From a virus (lineage: Duplodnaviria > Caudoviricetes), in IMG/VR virus record IMGVR_UViG_3300042863_001365, positions 1-59,114 of that record: 59,114 bases of DNA; one strand, written 5' to 3'. Positions 9,314-18,205 of this stretch are shown here, one piece after another. How positions within the stretch are numbered: position 1 is the stretch's first letter; every line of letters starts with the position of its first letter. Under the pieces are notes generated by a model, which was not told the origin of the DNA, did no database searches, and saw only the letters and a program-made list of their open reading frames with translations. The position numbers and the translations under genes were made by a program.

Positions 9314-9580
9314 TCAGAGATTGTAAGCGATTGCAGATTGTTCCGAGTAGTCTTCCTCATAGCTTGCCGAACCATCTGCACCAAGTGTCAGTACAGGTTC
9401 AACCCAATTAGTGCGGCGATCAAGATAAGAAACCTTGATCGTATCGTATCCGCCAAAGCCGCAGCGAACATATTGCATTGCCCAACGAATAGCCTCATTC
9501 TGCGATTCGCTAGAAAACAATGCAATATCATCGCCAAGTGATTTAGTATTAGTCACACCCCACACAGTAAACATTGTCAT
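9314..9580 (-). CDS. Hypothetical protein
   Basis: GGAG-CGAATC-ATG leader. Confidence 0.65.
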   Translation of the reverse strand: MTMFTVWGVTNTKSLGDDIALFSSESQNEAIRWAMQYVRCGFGGYDTIKVSYLDRRTNWVEPVLTLGADGSASYEEDYSEQSAIAYNL

Positions 9581-9635
9581 GATTCGCTCCATTGTGATCC
9601 GTTGCACTAATCATTAAAGTTTTCACAACACACTG

Positions 9636-9887
9636 TCAACCCCCTGTCAACAAAAATTCTTTTATTGATACCTCATAACTAGCAGAATCATATGACAATG
9701 TTAACTTAAACTCTATCAGATTAGTATCATTACCTAATACCATACATTCTCCCAGATGAATAAAACCACAGCGAGTTAGAGTAGGTGCTATATTATTACG
9801 CCATAATGACATTGACATTATATAATAAACTGGAAGATATGGTGCCGTTGCACCCTTTAGCATTACACCTATAACATAATGGGTCAT
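9636..9887 (-). CDS. Mini-protein family A member
   Basis: C-terminal GNDTNLIEFKLT. Confidence 0.6.
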   Translation of the reverse strand: MTHYVIGVMLKGATAPYLPVYYIMSMSLWRNNIAPTLTRCGFIHLGECMVLGNDTNLIEFKLTLSYDSASYEVSIKEFLLTGG

Positions 9888-10105
9888 TTTATCTCAACAA
9901 ATCTAACATTCAGGTGTTGCGTATAAGTTAATAGAAATTCTGCTAATATATCATCGCTACCATAATAGTAATCAAAATATGGGTGATCATTATATCCACC
10001 ACAATTAATCCAATGTTGTGATATATGATCTAAAAATAATGGACCCATATCTAATCGAATAAAACTATATTTTTTACTATATTGTTGTCTGATATGGCGT
10101 TTCAT
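9884..10105 (-). CDS. Mini-protein family A member
   Basis: HWINCGG...GSDDILAEFLLTY. Confidence 0.65.
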   Translation of the reverse strand: MKRHIRQQYSKKYSFIRLDMGPLFLDHISQHWINCGGYNDHPYFDYYYGSDDILAEFLLTYTQHLNVRFVEIK

Positions 10106-10108
10106 AAT

Positions 10109-10396
10109 TCATCCAACATATCCATCAATATAGGGAACCAATCCATCACAAAACACCATTGGCAATTCGTAATCAATAATCCATTCACCCTTACGAATCC
10201 GAGCAAATTGAATATTATAAAGATCAAGTCCCATATCATATTGAATATAAACATAACATTTACGTTTAACCAATCCGCTAGATTTGAATTTCAATCCATC
10301 ACTCATATAAACAATATCTTTCGCACCCCATGCCGCCATAGCACGACGATCAAGTGTATTAATCTGCCCTAAGATAGTCGCACCGATAGTGTTCAT
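10109..10396 (-). CDS. Phage hypothetical protein
   Basis: GGAG RBS before MNTIGATILGQI; AWGAK...YD-GLDLY-I-F pattern. Confidence 0.7.
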   Translation of the reverse strand: MNTIGATILGQINTLDRRAMAAWGAKDIVYMSDGLKFKSSGLVKRKCYVYIQYDMGLDLYNIQFARIRKGEWIIDYELPMVFCDGLVPYIDGYVG

Positions 10397-10451
10397 GATA
10401 TTCTCCATATGATGAATAGCCACAATCATTATAATTGTGGCTATAATAAGA

Positions 10452-10658
10452 TCAGATTGTCAAATAAGGATGACCAATATCCAGAACATCGGTTTCATCC
10501 GCTTCACACATCGGATAAAGCATATCATTGGCATCAGGATCAACCAACGAATAAAATTCTGCAACACCCGACACATAAATTGTTACATCGCAATTCTTTT
10601 GCCTGTCAGACATAGTTGCAATGAACTTTTCCAAGTCACGATACGTTACGTTAGCCAT
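10452..10658 (-). CDS. Small hypothetical protein
   Basis: GGAG-CGAATC-ATG leader. Confidence 0.65.
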   Translation of the reverse strand: MANVTYRDLEKFIATMSDRQKNCDVTIYVSGVAEFYSLVDPDANDMLYPMCEADETDVLDIGHPYLTI

Positions 10659-10904
10659 GATTCGCTCCTATGATCATCACTAAGTGGAATCTATCATATC
10701 ATGTGTTACTGTCAAGATGTCTTGTCAAAAATTCTCTATCCATATGATGAACATTATGATACTAGAATCATGATGATACTTGATTTCGTGTTACTCAATC
10801 AAGTATTGATATTAGATAATATACTTCGGAATAAATCCTCAGTATATTATCAATATCTATTTTTTAAGATTCTAATACTCTATCTTCTTTTAACATCATT
10901 ACAG

Positions 10905-11300
10905 AGGAAGACATACTTAGCCCGCTAAGGCCAAGTATATCCCCCAACTATAATAATAAATTATTACGTCGTGTGACACCTAATACAGATCAACCTTGTA
11001 ATGTCAGGTTAGGGCGGTCATGCTGTACCCCTTTATGATCTACTTTTTGACGCAAGCGTAATATACCGTATTAGGAAGCATATAACACTTTGTTGGTTGC
11101 AACTTGTGAACAGAGCCAACTCATTTTGTAGGTTAGTCAATCCCACTACTAAACTAACTTTTAATAAATTAAAAGCGTAGCACAACAACTTCCATCCACC
11201 ATAGCAATTCAATGTATCTGTAGATTCGTCGCGGATATATTCCTATATCATATCGCTACTATGCAGTAAACTTATGACAGCCCAATGATTCGAAATCATT
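10905..11300. ncRNA. Candidate large structured non-coding RNA
   Basis: ORF-free and GC-richer than flanks, with about 8 visible stems including nested CCTAATAC/GTATTAGG and AGATCA/TGATCT; strand not established. Confidence 0.5.
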
Positions 11301-11378
11301 CTCCTGACTCAATCAGTATGACATAAAATATACCCAAAATCAAGTGAAAAAATAATCAAAAATAATCCAATCTTTTTG

Positions 11379-11448
11379 TAACCCATTGATTTCATTATAT
11401 AATTTATTTTAGAAATAATAAAAATTATTGTTTAGAATCAATGAGTTA
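11379..11448. promoter_or_regulatory. Inverted pair of IHF-consensus sites around an AT-rich spacer (candidate origin element)
   Basis: AATCAATGGGTTA (minus, 11379-11391) and AATCAATGAGTTA (plus, 11436-11448) both match WATCAANNNNTTR. Confidence 0.55.
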
Positions 11449-11554
11449 CAAGGTTTTTATTAAAATGTATGAATCTTACTGTGTATATACCCATCAAAAT
11501 GAGCAAAAATGTTAAAAAATGAAAATTCGCAATATTTTGGCATAATTTATCCAC

Positions 11555-11582
11555 TTGACAGCATAATGCGAATCAGTATAGA
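11555..11582 (+). promoter_or_regulatory. Sigma70-type promoter with CGAATCA in the spacer; no sizeable downstream ORF
   Basis: TTGACAGCATAATGCGAATCAGTATAGA. Confidence 0.55.
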
Positions 11583-11740
11583 GTTATGATAGAAACCGCA
11601 CAGATGATCATCGACGCGATAGGAGCATGGCTTCGGGGGAATCTGTCCAAAAAATAAAATAAAGAATAGAATTCCCCATCACCTCAATACACTATCGAAT
11701 CATAGTGTGTCAAGCAGAATAATAAAAATAGTATGCTGCC

Positions 11741-11992
11741 CTATTGGGCAACACACTCACCCGACATTTTTGTATCACTATACAATTCATTCACTTTATC
11801 ATCAGTCAGATCAATCCATGCCACCTTGTTTTTGAAATATGTTTTCGTATATGTTTTATCATTTTCCAAATCAACTACAATCGCCATATAATAATCATTG
11901 TAAATGTAAAGACCCATTGACTTAGATGCATCGCCATCATGATAAAACATATAAACCATATTCGGAAAAATTGTCACTGACTTGATCTGCAT
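11741..11992 (-). CDS. Hypothetical protein
   Basis: Start moved to MQIKSV after the GGAG-CGAATC leader. Confidence 0.65.
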   Translation of the reverse strand: MQIKSVTIFPNMVYMFYHDGDASKSMGLYIYNDYYMAIVVDLENDKTYTKTYFKNKVAWIDLTDDKVNELYSDTKMSGECVAQ

Positions 11993-12098
11993 GATTCGCT
12001 CCATTGTGTCTAGCCTGTTACCCTTATAGTCAAAAGATTCTACCATGTAAACCCCCAAAATGAGTGGAAGCCCCCGTAGGGGCTTCCATAGTGTGATA

Positions 12099-12824
12099 TC
12101 AGTATGCGGCAATCTGCCTTGCACCTTGCGAAGTTTCTGCACGGGAAAGTGAAACCTTGCTGCCTGCATTTTGACCAGCACGATATGCCGAACCATCGTT
12201 GATCACAATTTTCGTCGCCGTTCCCTTTTTAAGATGAATATTCACTTGACGCTGATATTCTTCCGTAACCATCTGATTCTTCAAGATAATCAGCGATGTG
12301 CCGCCACTTGCACGAGTCTCGCTTTTAAGATCACGCAAACGCTGATTGATACGATTTGCCATGCCAACCATAAAAGATTTGCGAATAGTCCGCTTATGGC
12401 CCACATCAGTCAACGAATTGGAATAAACAGCCCATTCCCATTCCATCGCACGAAACAAAACTTCACGAATAAACTTTGCCGTTTCAACATCGGCGGCATA
12501 TCCAAAGAAATTGATATTCACGCCCGTCTTGATCGAACCAGCATACTCTTTATTCTGCCACACTTTGACGCCGCAAAATTCTGCAACAGTGGCGATGCAA
12601 TACAAATCAGCTTCATGCAGATTCTTGCGACCATCACGCACAACTTCACGCAAGAAATCTTTGGCTGCAGCGGTGTTTGCCAGAATGTCGGCTTCAGTAA
12701 CACCATGTTCATCCATCAGCTTTTGAGCAATACGCAATGCTGCCATTGCTTCCGCTTCAGTAGCACCGTTGGAAGTCTTTTTGTTCAACAATGCTGCAAT
12801 CTTGGCCTTGATAGCTTCCGACAT
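12099..12824 (-). CDS. DUF2786-like protein
   Basis: N-terminal KIAALL...ATEAEAMAALRIAQKLMDEHG; RKSFMVG and AYRAG..AG downstream; GGAG RBS. Confidence 0.75.
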   Translation of the reverse strand: MSEAIKAKIAALLNKKTSNGATEAEAMAALRIAQKLMDEHGVTEADILANTAAAKDFLREVVRDGRKNLHEADLYCIATVAEFCGVKVWQNKEYAGSIKTGVNINFFGYAADVETAKFIREVLFRAMEWEWAVYSNSLTDVGHKRTIRKSFMVGMANRINQRLRDLKSETRASGGTSLIILKNQMVTEEYQRQVNIHLKKGTATKIVINDGSAYRAGQNAGSKVSLSRAETSQGARQIAAY

Positions 12825-12909
12825 TTTGCGATCTCCATGTTTCGCGTTTCCTTAGACATAGAACTACAGCATGATTCGCATAGTGTCAAGCGTTGTTTTG
12901 CTTTTTCAC

Positions 12910-13080
12910 CTATGCACTCGCACGGCCCATAACATACACTTTATACATATCTTGCCGTTCCATCGTATTAGACAAAAACAAATCATAATGAGGATGATTG
13001 CGAAAGTTTGAACGAATCATAGCATCAAAATCAGCCAATACAATGGCAGAATAAAACAAATCACGATAACGCTGGTTCAT
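12910..13080 (-). CDS. Small hypothetical protein
   Basis: GGAGG RBS before MNQRYR. Confidence 0.55.
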   Translation of the reverse strand: MNQRYRDLFYSAIVLADFDAMIRSNFRNHPHYDLFLSNTMERQDMYKVYVMGRASA

Positions 13081-13117
13081 AGTTGCCTCCAATATCGAAT
13101 CATTGTCAGTCTATCAA

Positions 13118-13187
13118 TATAAATAAGGGTTGTCAATCGCGGACCCGCATCCCATTGACTCTATATTTGTAAGGAAATACAGCAATG
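13118..13187 (+). promoter_or_regulatory. Late promoter TATAAATA plus structured leader of the GIY-YIG gene
   Basis: TATAAATA 13118-13125; GTCAAT-CGC-GGA-loop-TCC-C-ATTGAC-TCTAT...AAGGA...ACAGCA-ATG; same architecture at 55763..55836. Confidence 0.7.
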
Positions 13188-13673
13188 AATATTTATTATG
13201 ATACTACTCCATATTTTTATGTCATAGAAGATGTAAGAAATGGTAAAAAGTATGCAGGAAGTAGATGGAGAAAAGGATGCCATCCTTCTGAATTATTAAG
13301 AGAGAAAAATGGATACTATACATCATCTAAAGAAGTTAATAAAATTATCAAAGAACACGGATTACTCGTCTTTAGAATAGTTAAAATAAAAGAATGCAAA
13401 AACAAAGATGCGGTTTATGCATATGAAACTGATTATCTTACAGAAAAAGATGCCGCTACTAATAATCTCTATTACAACAAACATAATAACGATTACTCAA
13501 CGTTGCAATATAAGGGGAACCGTAAAGTTGTAAACGATATAAACAAGTATAAAGACCACTTTAACCTAAAACTTAATAAGTTCGGATTAAAAGGCGGATG
13601 GTGGCAAAAGACTGATGAAGATTTATTATATGTATTAGAACGTATTATACTTGCATTCGGTGAAATCAAATGA
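13185..13673 (+). CDS. GIY-YIG-like free-standing (homing) endonuclease
   Basis: YFYVI...KKYAGSR...YYTSS...YE-DYL...YYNK pattern of Seg-like nucleases; oriented opposite to its neighbours. Confidence 0.7.
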   Translation: MNIYYDTTPYFYVIEDVRNGKKYAGSRWRKGCHPSELLREKNGYYTSSKEVNKIIKEHGLLVFRIVKIKECKNKDAVYAYETDYLTEKDAATNNLYYNKHNNDYSTLQYKGNRKVVNDINKYKDHFNLKLNKFGLKGGWWQKTDEDLLYVLERIILAFGEIK

Positions 13674-14049
13674 TAATTCCATAAAAATCATTGTCGTCAT
13701 ATATGGTTTCGACTTCTTCAACAATTTCTGCGACCCTAAATTTGGTTCTAAGGTATTCTTTTAACTTAACTTCAGCTTCTTCTAATACATATATTTTATC
13801 ATCATGTATTCCACCGAATGTATTATTTGTTTCTTTATACTTTTTAAGGTGTTTTCTAACAAAAATTAAAAAATTTACCGATGCATCTATACTTAAATCT
13901 AAATTTTGACGTTTTTGCTGCCCATAATAACTTTTAGATTTCCCTAAATAAATTTGAGAAAAATCGTTTGTGCTAGTTACTAAACCTACATCTAAAAAAT
14001 TTTGGGCTAAATAATACATTAAACGCTGCTTAAATTCTTCCGCTGCCAT
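13666..14049 (-). CDS. Hypothetical protein
   Basis: GAGG RBS; FSQIYLGKSKSYY motif, possibly HTH-like. Confidence 0.65.
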   Translation of the reverse strand: MAAEEFKQRLMYYLAQNFLDVGLVTSTNDFSQIYLGKSKSYYGQQKRQNLDLSIDASVNFLIFVRKHLKKYKETNNTFGGIHDDKIYVLEEAEVKLKEYLRTKFRVAEIVEEVETIYDDNDFYGIII

Positions 14050-14178
14050 AGTGCCTCACATCCTGAAAAATACCGTTTTTTGAACGGGGTAAATCATACG
14101 ATTCAATATATTTTAATCATATGACCATAATATTTATCATAATTCCTACACGTTTATTATTATTGTGTAGGAATTACA

Positions 14179-14424
14179 TTAACGAGGTATTTGTTCACTG
14201 AATTCTATTATATTATAATTGGGTTGTGTAAGTTTGAATTGTGTTAATATGTAATCATTTCCCTGCCATATAAATGGATACGGTTGATTCATAAATGAAA
14301 GACTTATATCTCCACCACAATTAATCCAGTGTTTTGCCATAGTATCATACATATCTCTATAGTGGTGTCTTGATAGTTGATATGTATGAAAACTTACATA
14401 ATATGTTTTTAATTTATTATTCAT
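14179..14424 (-). CDS. Mini-protein family A member
   Basis: HWINCGG...GNDYILTQFKLT. Confidence 0.7.
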   Translation of the reverse strand: MNNKLKTYYVSFHTYQLSRHHYRDMYDTMAKHWINCGGDISLSFMNQPYPFIWQGNDYILTQFKLTQPNYNIIEFSEQIPR

Positions 14425-14660
14425 TGTATTATTTCTTTAATGGTTAAGCAATATGAGTATTGATAAGTTAATATAAACTCTGTCATGATTTCATTTGATC
14501 CGGCAAGATACAGTCCATGTGTTTCTGGTATTATTCCGCCTAGTTCTTTCCAATAGTCTATTATATGATCTTCTTGTGCCCATGATTTAATATATGTAAA
14601 ATTATTTTTTATATCTGGTAAGAAGTCTTGTATTATTGTTACATAATATATTTTGTTCAT
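14421..14660 (-). CDS. Mini-protein family A member
   Basis: YWKELGG...GSNEIMTEFILTY. Confidence 0.7.
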   Translation of the reverse strand: MNKIYYVTIIQDFLPDIKNNFTYIKSWAQEDHIIDYWKELGGIIPETHGLYLAGSNEIMTEFILTYQYSYCLTIKEIIQ

Positions 14661-14884
14661 TATGTGATTTCTTTAATATTAACATATTGTGCGTAAGTGT
14701 ATGTTAGCATAAACTCTATTAGGATTTCATCACTTCCGTATATATAATGGAATGCGTTATCATATATTCCACCCAATGATTCCCAATGTTCGACTGCATG
14801 ATAGTATGGTTTATATTGATTACGATAATTTATCTGCATTGGCAGGAAGAATTTTGTTGTTATGAGTTCATATGTTTTATTCAT
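14660..14884 (-). CDS. Mini-protein family A member
   Basis: HWESLGG...GSDEILIEFMLTY. Confidence 0.7.
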   Translation of the reverse strand: MNKTYELITTKFFLPMQINYRNQYKPYYHAVEHWESLGGIYDNAFHYIYGSDEILIEFMLTYTYAQYVNIKEIT

Positions 14885-15098
14885 TTACTTCACTTATTGA
14901 CAGATGTGGTGATATTGGGTATATTAATAAAAATTCCATTAGTATATCATCGGTTCCATATAAGTGTGAGCAATCGTTGTTTTCTCTAATACCTCCTAAG
15001 TGTTCCCAACATATTTGTATTGTGATCATATCTGATACTAGTTCGAGGTAATCTATTATTGGTAAATATTTATTTCGATAAATTTTATATTTTTTCAT
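14877..15098 (-). CDS. Mini-protein family A member
   Basis: CWEHLGG...GTDDILMEFLLIY; start MKKY overlaps the upstream stop (TAATG). Confidence 0.7.
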   Translation of the reverse strand: MKKYKIYRNKYLPIIDYLELVSDMITIQICWEHLGGIRENNDCSHLYGTDDILMEFLLIYPISPHLSISEVNE

Positions 15099-15265
15099 TA
15101 TTCCCACACGGTTTTATTAACATTGGGCCATTTGTTTTTGATACGGGTCATATTATCATCATACCAAGTAGTATCACGATTAAGTTTTTGGATGAGTTCT
15201 TTCATTTTTTTAGTATTATGGTAGCTTTGGATATCATATTTCCAAGCGGTCATTTTCATATCCAT
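15098..15265 (-). CDS. Small hypothetical protein (55 aa)
   Basis: Translated by hand (MDMKMTAWKY...VWE); stop coupled to the next start. Confidence 0.45.
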   Translation of the reverse strand: MDMKMTAWKYDIQSYHNTKKMKELIQKLNRDTTWYDDNMTRIKNKWPNVNKTVWE

Positions 15266-15374
15266 TTTGTATTATCCAATTAATGATGTGTTGTTACTAC
15301 TGGTGTATCAGGTTTCTTTCTGATTGGCAAGGGTTTTGTTTAGTAGTATGGTATAATTTTATGGAGTTTGATTC

Positions 15375-15596
15375 ATGTATTATTTGGTTTCTTATGATTC
15401 AGATCGGTGGAAGCATATGCTTGGAATGCGATATTATCACAACAGACTATTAATTGAAGCAGTTATAAAATATGAAATTTATTATGAATATGATAATGAT
15501 GAATTAACGCTTATTGGTTCTGTTAGTGAGATTGCTGAATTTTTGTTATTAGTAGTGATGCCGTTTGAATTTAGATTATGTTGTGTTATTGATTAA
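15375..15596 (+). CDS. Mini-protein family A member (divergent)
   Basis: GGAG RBS; GSVSEIAEFLL. Confidence 0.55.
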   Translation: MYYLVSYDSDRWKHMLGMRYYHNRLLIEAVIKYEIYYEYDNDELTLIGSVSEIAEFLLLVVMPFEFRLCCVID

Positions 15597-15599
15597 GAT

Positions 15600-17576
15600 T
15601 TATTTTATTCCACTAAGTGTTTTTAATCTAGATATGTTGAGCGATTCTGTTTTTTTAACATTATTATCTTCCAAATAACCATCAAATATATCTTTTTGAT
15701 ATTGATCGGATTTTATACTATCTAGTATTATTTTTGGAACAATTGTTAAATCAAAATTATTATTTGACATAATATATTGAGCATACAATCTGGAATATTT
15801 TTCGCTCGTTGAAATTCCATTAGTTATTTCTTCTGGAACTATTGACGGATCATATTTGTTATTATCTAATATATCATTTATTGCATAATCGTATGCATCA
15901 TAATAATTCTGTCCTATCATTTCATGTAAAATATTTGGAACAGTTGATGGATTATATTTGGTATTTTTTAATATATATCTGGCATAGTCTGATGCTTCCA
16001 GAGAATTGGGTAATAGTGCTTTTGGTACATAAGAAGCATCGTAATTATATTTTTTTAATATACGAATAAAAAGTTTAGTAGCACTATCAGTATTAAAATT
16101 ACTTTTAGATTTTATTCTGTTAATTATATCTATTGGAATATCATTTGGATTAGTATCAGATTCGTCTATAATGATATATGCATATTTGTTTGAACTATCA
16201 AAATTCGTTGCTATGCTTTTAATAATAATGTCTGGAATAATATTTTGATCATAATTATTACGGAGTAAAAGATATTCTGCAAAATCCAATGACGTATCAT
16301 GATCTTGTGCTATTCCGTTTAATATAACATCTGGGACAGATTTAATATTATGAGATTGTACTATGTTTCTTGCATAATTGTGTGAACGTGTATAACTTTG
16401 TGTAATAATATTATGAACTTTGTCTACTATTTCTTTTGGTAAATTTAATAAATGCCAAGGGGATTTTAATACCTTTGCAGAAAAATAAGCTACATCTAAA
16501 TTATTACTTTCATCGACTACATCACCAATGATTTTTCTTTTGTCTCCGCTTTTTAATCTGTTCCAAGTATCATTGTTTATTTCAGTTGGCATAAATTTAG
16601 CATAAACACCAATTAAATCATCTGGTGTTAAATCTTGTTGTTTATCACTTAACTTATTTCCAAATTTGAAATACTTATATTTTTCTTCTAAACTATAATT
16701 CTCATATGTCGCATCAGATGCACTTTTTCTATATTTTAGATAATCTGCTCTTTCTTCTGGAGTCAATGGTTTATGCTTGAATATACCTTCCAATCCCGTT
16801 AGCTTTGGTTGCTTTTCAATTATTTCATCCCAATCCATTTGTTCATCACCTAGATTATTGGCATTAGCCACATGAAATATATTTTGGTTATCTACATATA
16901 TAACTATTGCATGATAGGTGTCATTTTTTGTACGATCTTTATCAAATACGAAATAAAACATAGGTTCATTTTTACGCATACGATATGAGAAAAACATATT
17001 TTGTGCATCTTTTCTACTAATGCACCAAGAATATCCGCTTCCGTATGCAATGCATTTTTCTTGCAAATCTCCTTTCATAATAACAAGATTATTACTATTA
17101 TAAAGTGTATCTAGTTCTGCATTTGGTCCTTCATCTGTGAAAAATTTATTTGATTTTCCACTAATATATTTTTTGAAATCGGCATCTCGCGTAAGACGAA
17201 TTATTTGATTCAATGATAATTTTGTTATATCTTTGAATTGTGTTGGAAATCCTTGACTATATTCATCCCATAAATTAATATACATGATGATTTTTTCATC
17301 TGGGACTATATTCATTTTTTCTTTTTCTATTTCGTTTCTTATGCGATCCATTTCTTGATACACTGGATCGTCGAAATCTATGAAATCAAAATCATCATCT
17401 TCGTCAGATTTTTTTGGTTGTATTGTATTATACATTGTATTATACTGTAGAATTAATTGATCAAGTTTTGCATTATTTTCTTTTTTTAACCGCACAAATT
17501 GCTGTTGCTTAACTTTATCAGTTAATTCGGTCAGAATAATATTTTCAAATAAATTTGTTATTTCGGATATCTGCAT
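15600..17576 (-). CDS. Large putative virion-internal protein (PcfJ-like WCIS domain, helical repeats)
   Basis: MQISEITNLFE start after ATAAATA/GGAG; YGSGYSWCISR...FYFVFDK; repeated YA..I...(V/I)P..I...I units; ends LKTLSGIK. Confidence 0.6.
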   Translation of the reverse strand: MQISEITNLFENIILTELTDKVKQQQFVRLKKENNAKLDQLILQYNTMYNTIQPKKSDEDDDFDFIDFDDPVYQEMDRIRNEIEKEKMNIVPDEKIIMYINLWDEYSQGFPTQFKDITKLSLNQIIRLTRDADFKKYISGKSNKFFTDEGPNAELDTLYNSNNLVIMKGDLQEKCIAYGSGYSWCISRKDAQNMFFSYRMRKNEPMFYFVFDKDRTKNDTYHAIVIYVDNQNIFHVANANNLGDEQMDWDEIIEKQPKLTGLEGIFKHKPLTPEERADYLKYRKSASDATYENYSLEEKYKYFKFGNKLSDKQQDLTPDDLIGVYAKFMPTEINNDTWNRLKSGDKRKIIGDVVDESNNLDVAYFSAKVLKSPWHLLNLPKEIVDKVHNIITQSYTRSHNYARNIVQSHNIKSVPDVILNGIAQDHDTSLDFAEYLLLRNNYDQNIIPDIIIKSIATNFDSSNKYAYIIIDESDTNPNDIPIDIINRIKSKSNFNTDSATKLFIRILKKYNYDASYVPKALLPNSLEASDYARYILKNTKYNPSTVPNILHEMIGQNYYDAYDYAINDILDNNKYDPSIVPEEITNGISTSEKYSRLYAQYIMSNNNFDLTIVPKIILDSIKSDQYQKDIFDGYLEDNNVKKTESLNISRLKTLSGIK

Positions 17577-17632
17577 AATAGTATACTCCACTTATATATT
17601 TGCTATATTTATCCAGAAATCAGAAGTGGATG

Positions 17633-18082
17633 CTACACAGTAATATATCTTTCACGATTTGTATCACTTGAATGTTTTGTTTTTACGAATTGTTCATATC
17701 CAGTGAAGTCTATAATTTCACCATTATACGTATTCCAATAATGTGGGATATGTTTCAGTTCATCAATTAGATTATTTTTTTCTGCGAATGATTTTCTATC
17801 ATCTTTATTGCGTGGGTCAAAGCCTTGTTTTTTCATTTTATCAATTTCATCTTTAGTGAAATCTTTAATAGAAAGTTGTGGTATATCAACCTTAAAAAAT
17901 CCATATACTCTGGGAATATCAAATCCGTATTTTTTACCATACATCTGCAATTCTCCTGCTGGCACTCCGCAGTTATCTCTTTTACATCCATATTTGATAA
18001 TTGCAGAATATTCACGTTTGAAATTATCAAGCAGATTATCAATCGTAGTTATATTTTCTGATATTAGGTCAGTGTATTTCAT
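17633..18082 (-). CDS. Putative papain/transglutaminase-fold enzyme with MKYTDLISE tag
   Basis: Candidate Cys-His-Asp triad: DNCG ... HYWN ... IIDFTG-EQF. Confidence 0.55.
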   Translation of the reverse strand: MKYTDLISENITTIDNLLDNFKREYSAIIKYGCKRDNCGVPAGELQMYGKKYGFDIPRVYGFFKVDIPQLSIKDFTKDEIDKMKKQGFDPRNKDDRKSFAEKNNLIDELKHIPHYWNTYNGEIIDFTGYEQFVKTKHSSDTNRERYITV

Positions 18083-18205
18083 TGCATTTTTCTATTATTC
18101 CAAGGATGATGTGTTCTTATTACTGGTATATCAGATTTATTTATGATTGACAAGATTTTTGTTGTGTTATTGATTAAATAGTATTATTGATTTGGAGATT
18201 TGTTT

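Noticed and set aside
10701-10928. 75-aa plus-strand ORF
   Set aside because: No RBS, low-complexity AT-rich sequence, and opposite to the local gene direction.
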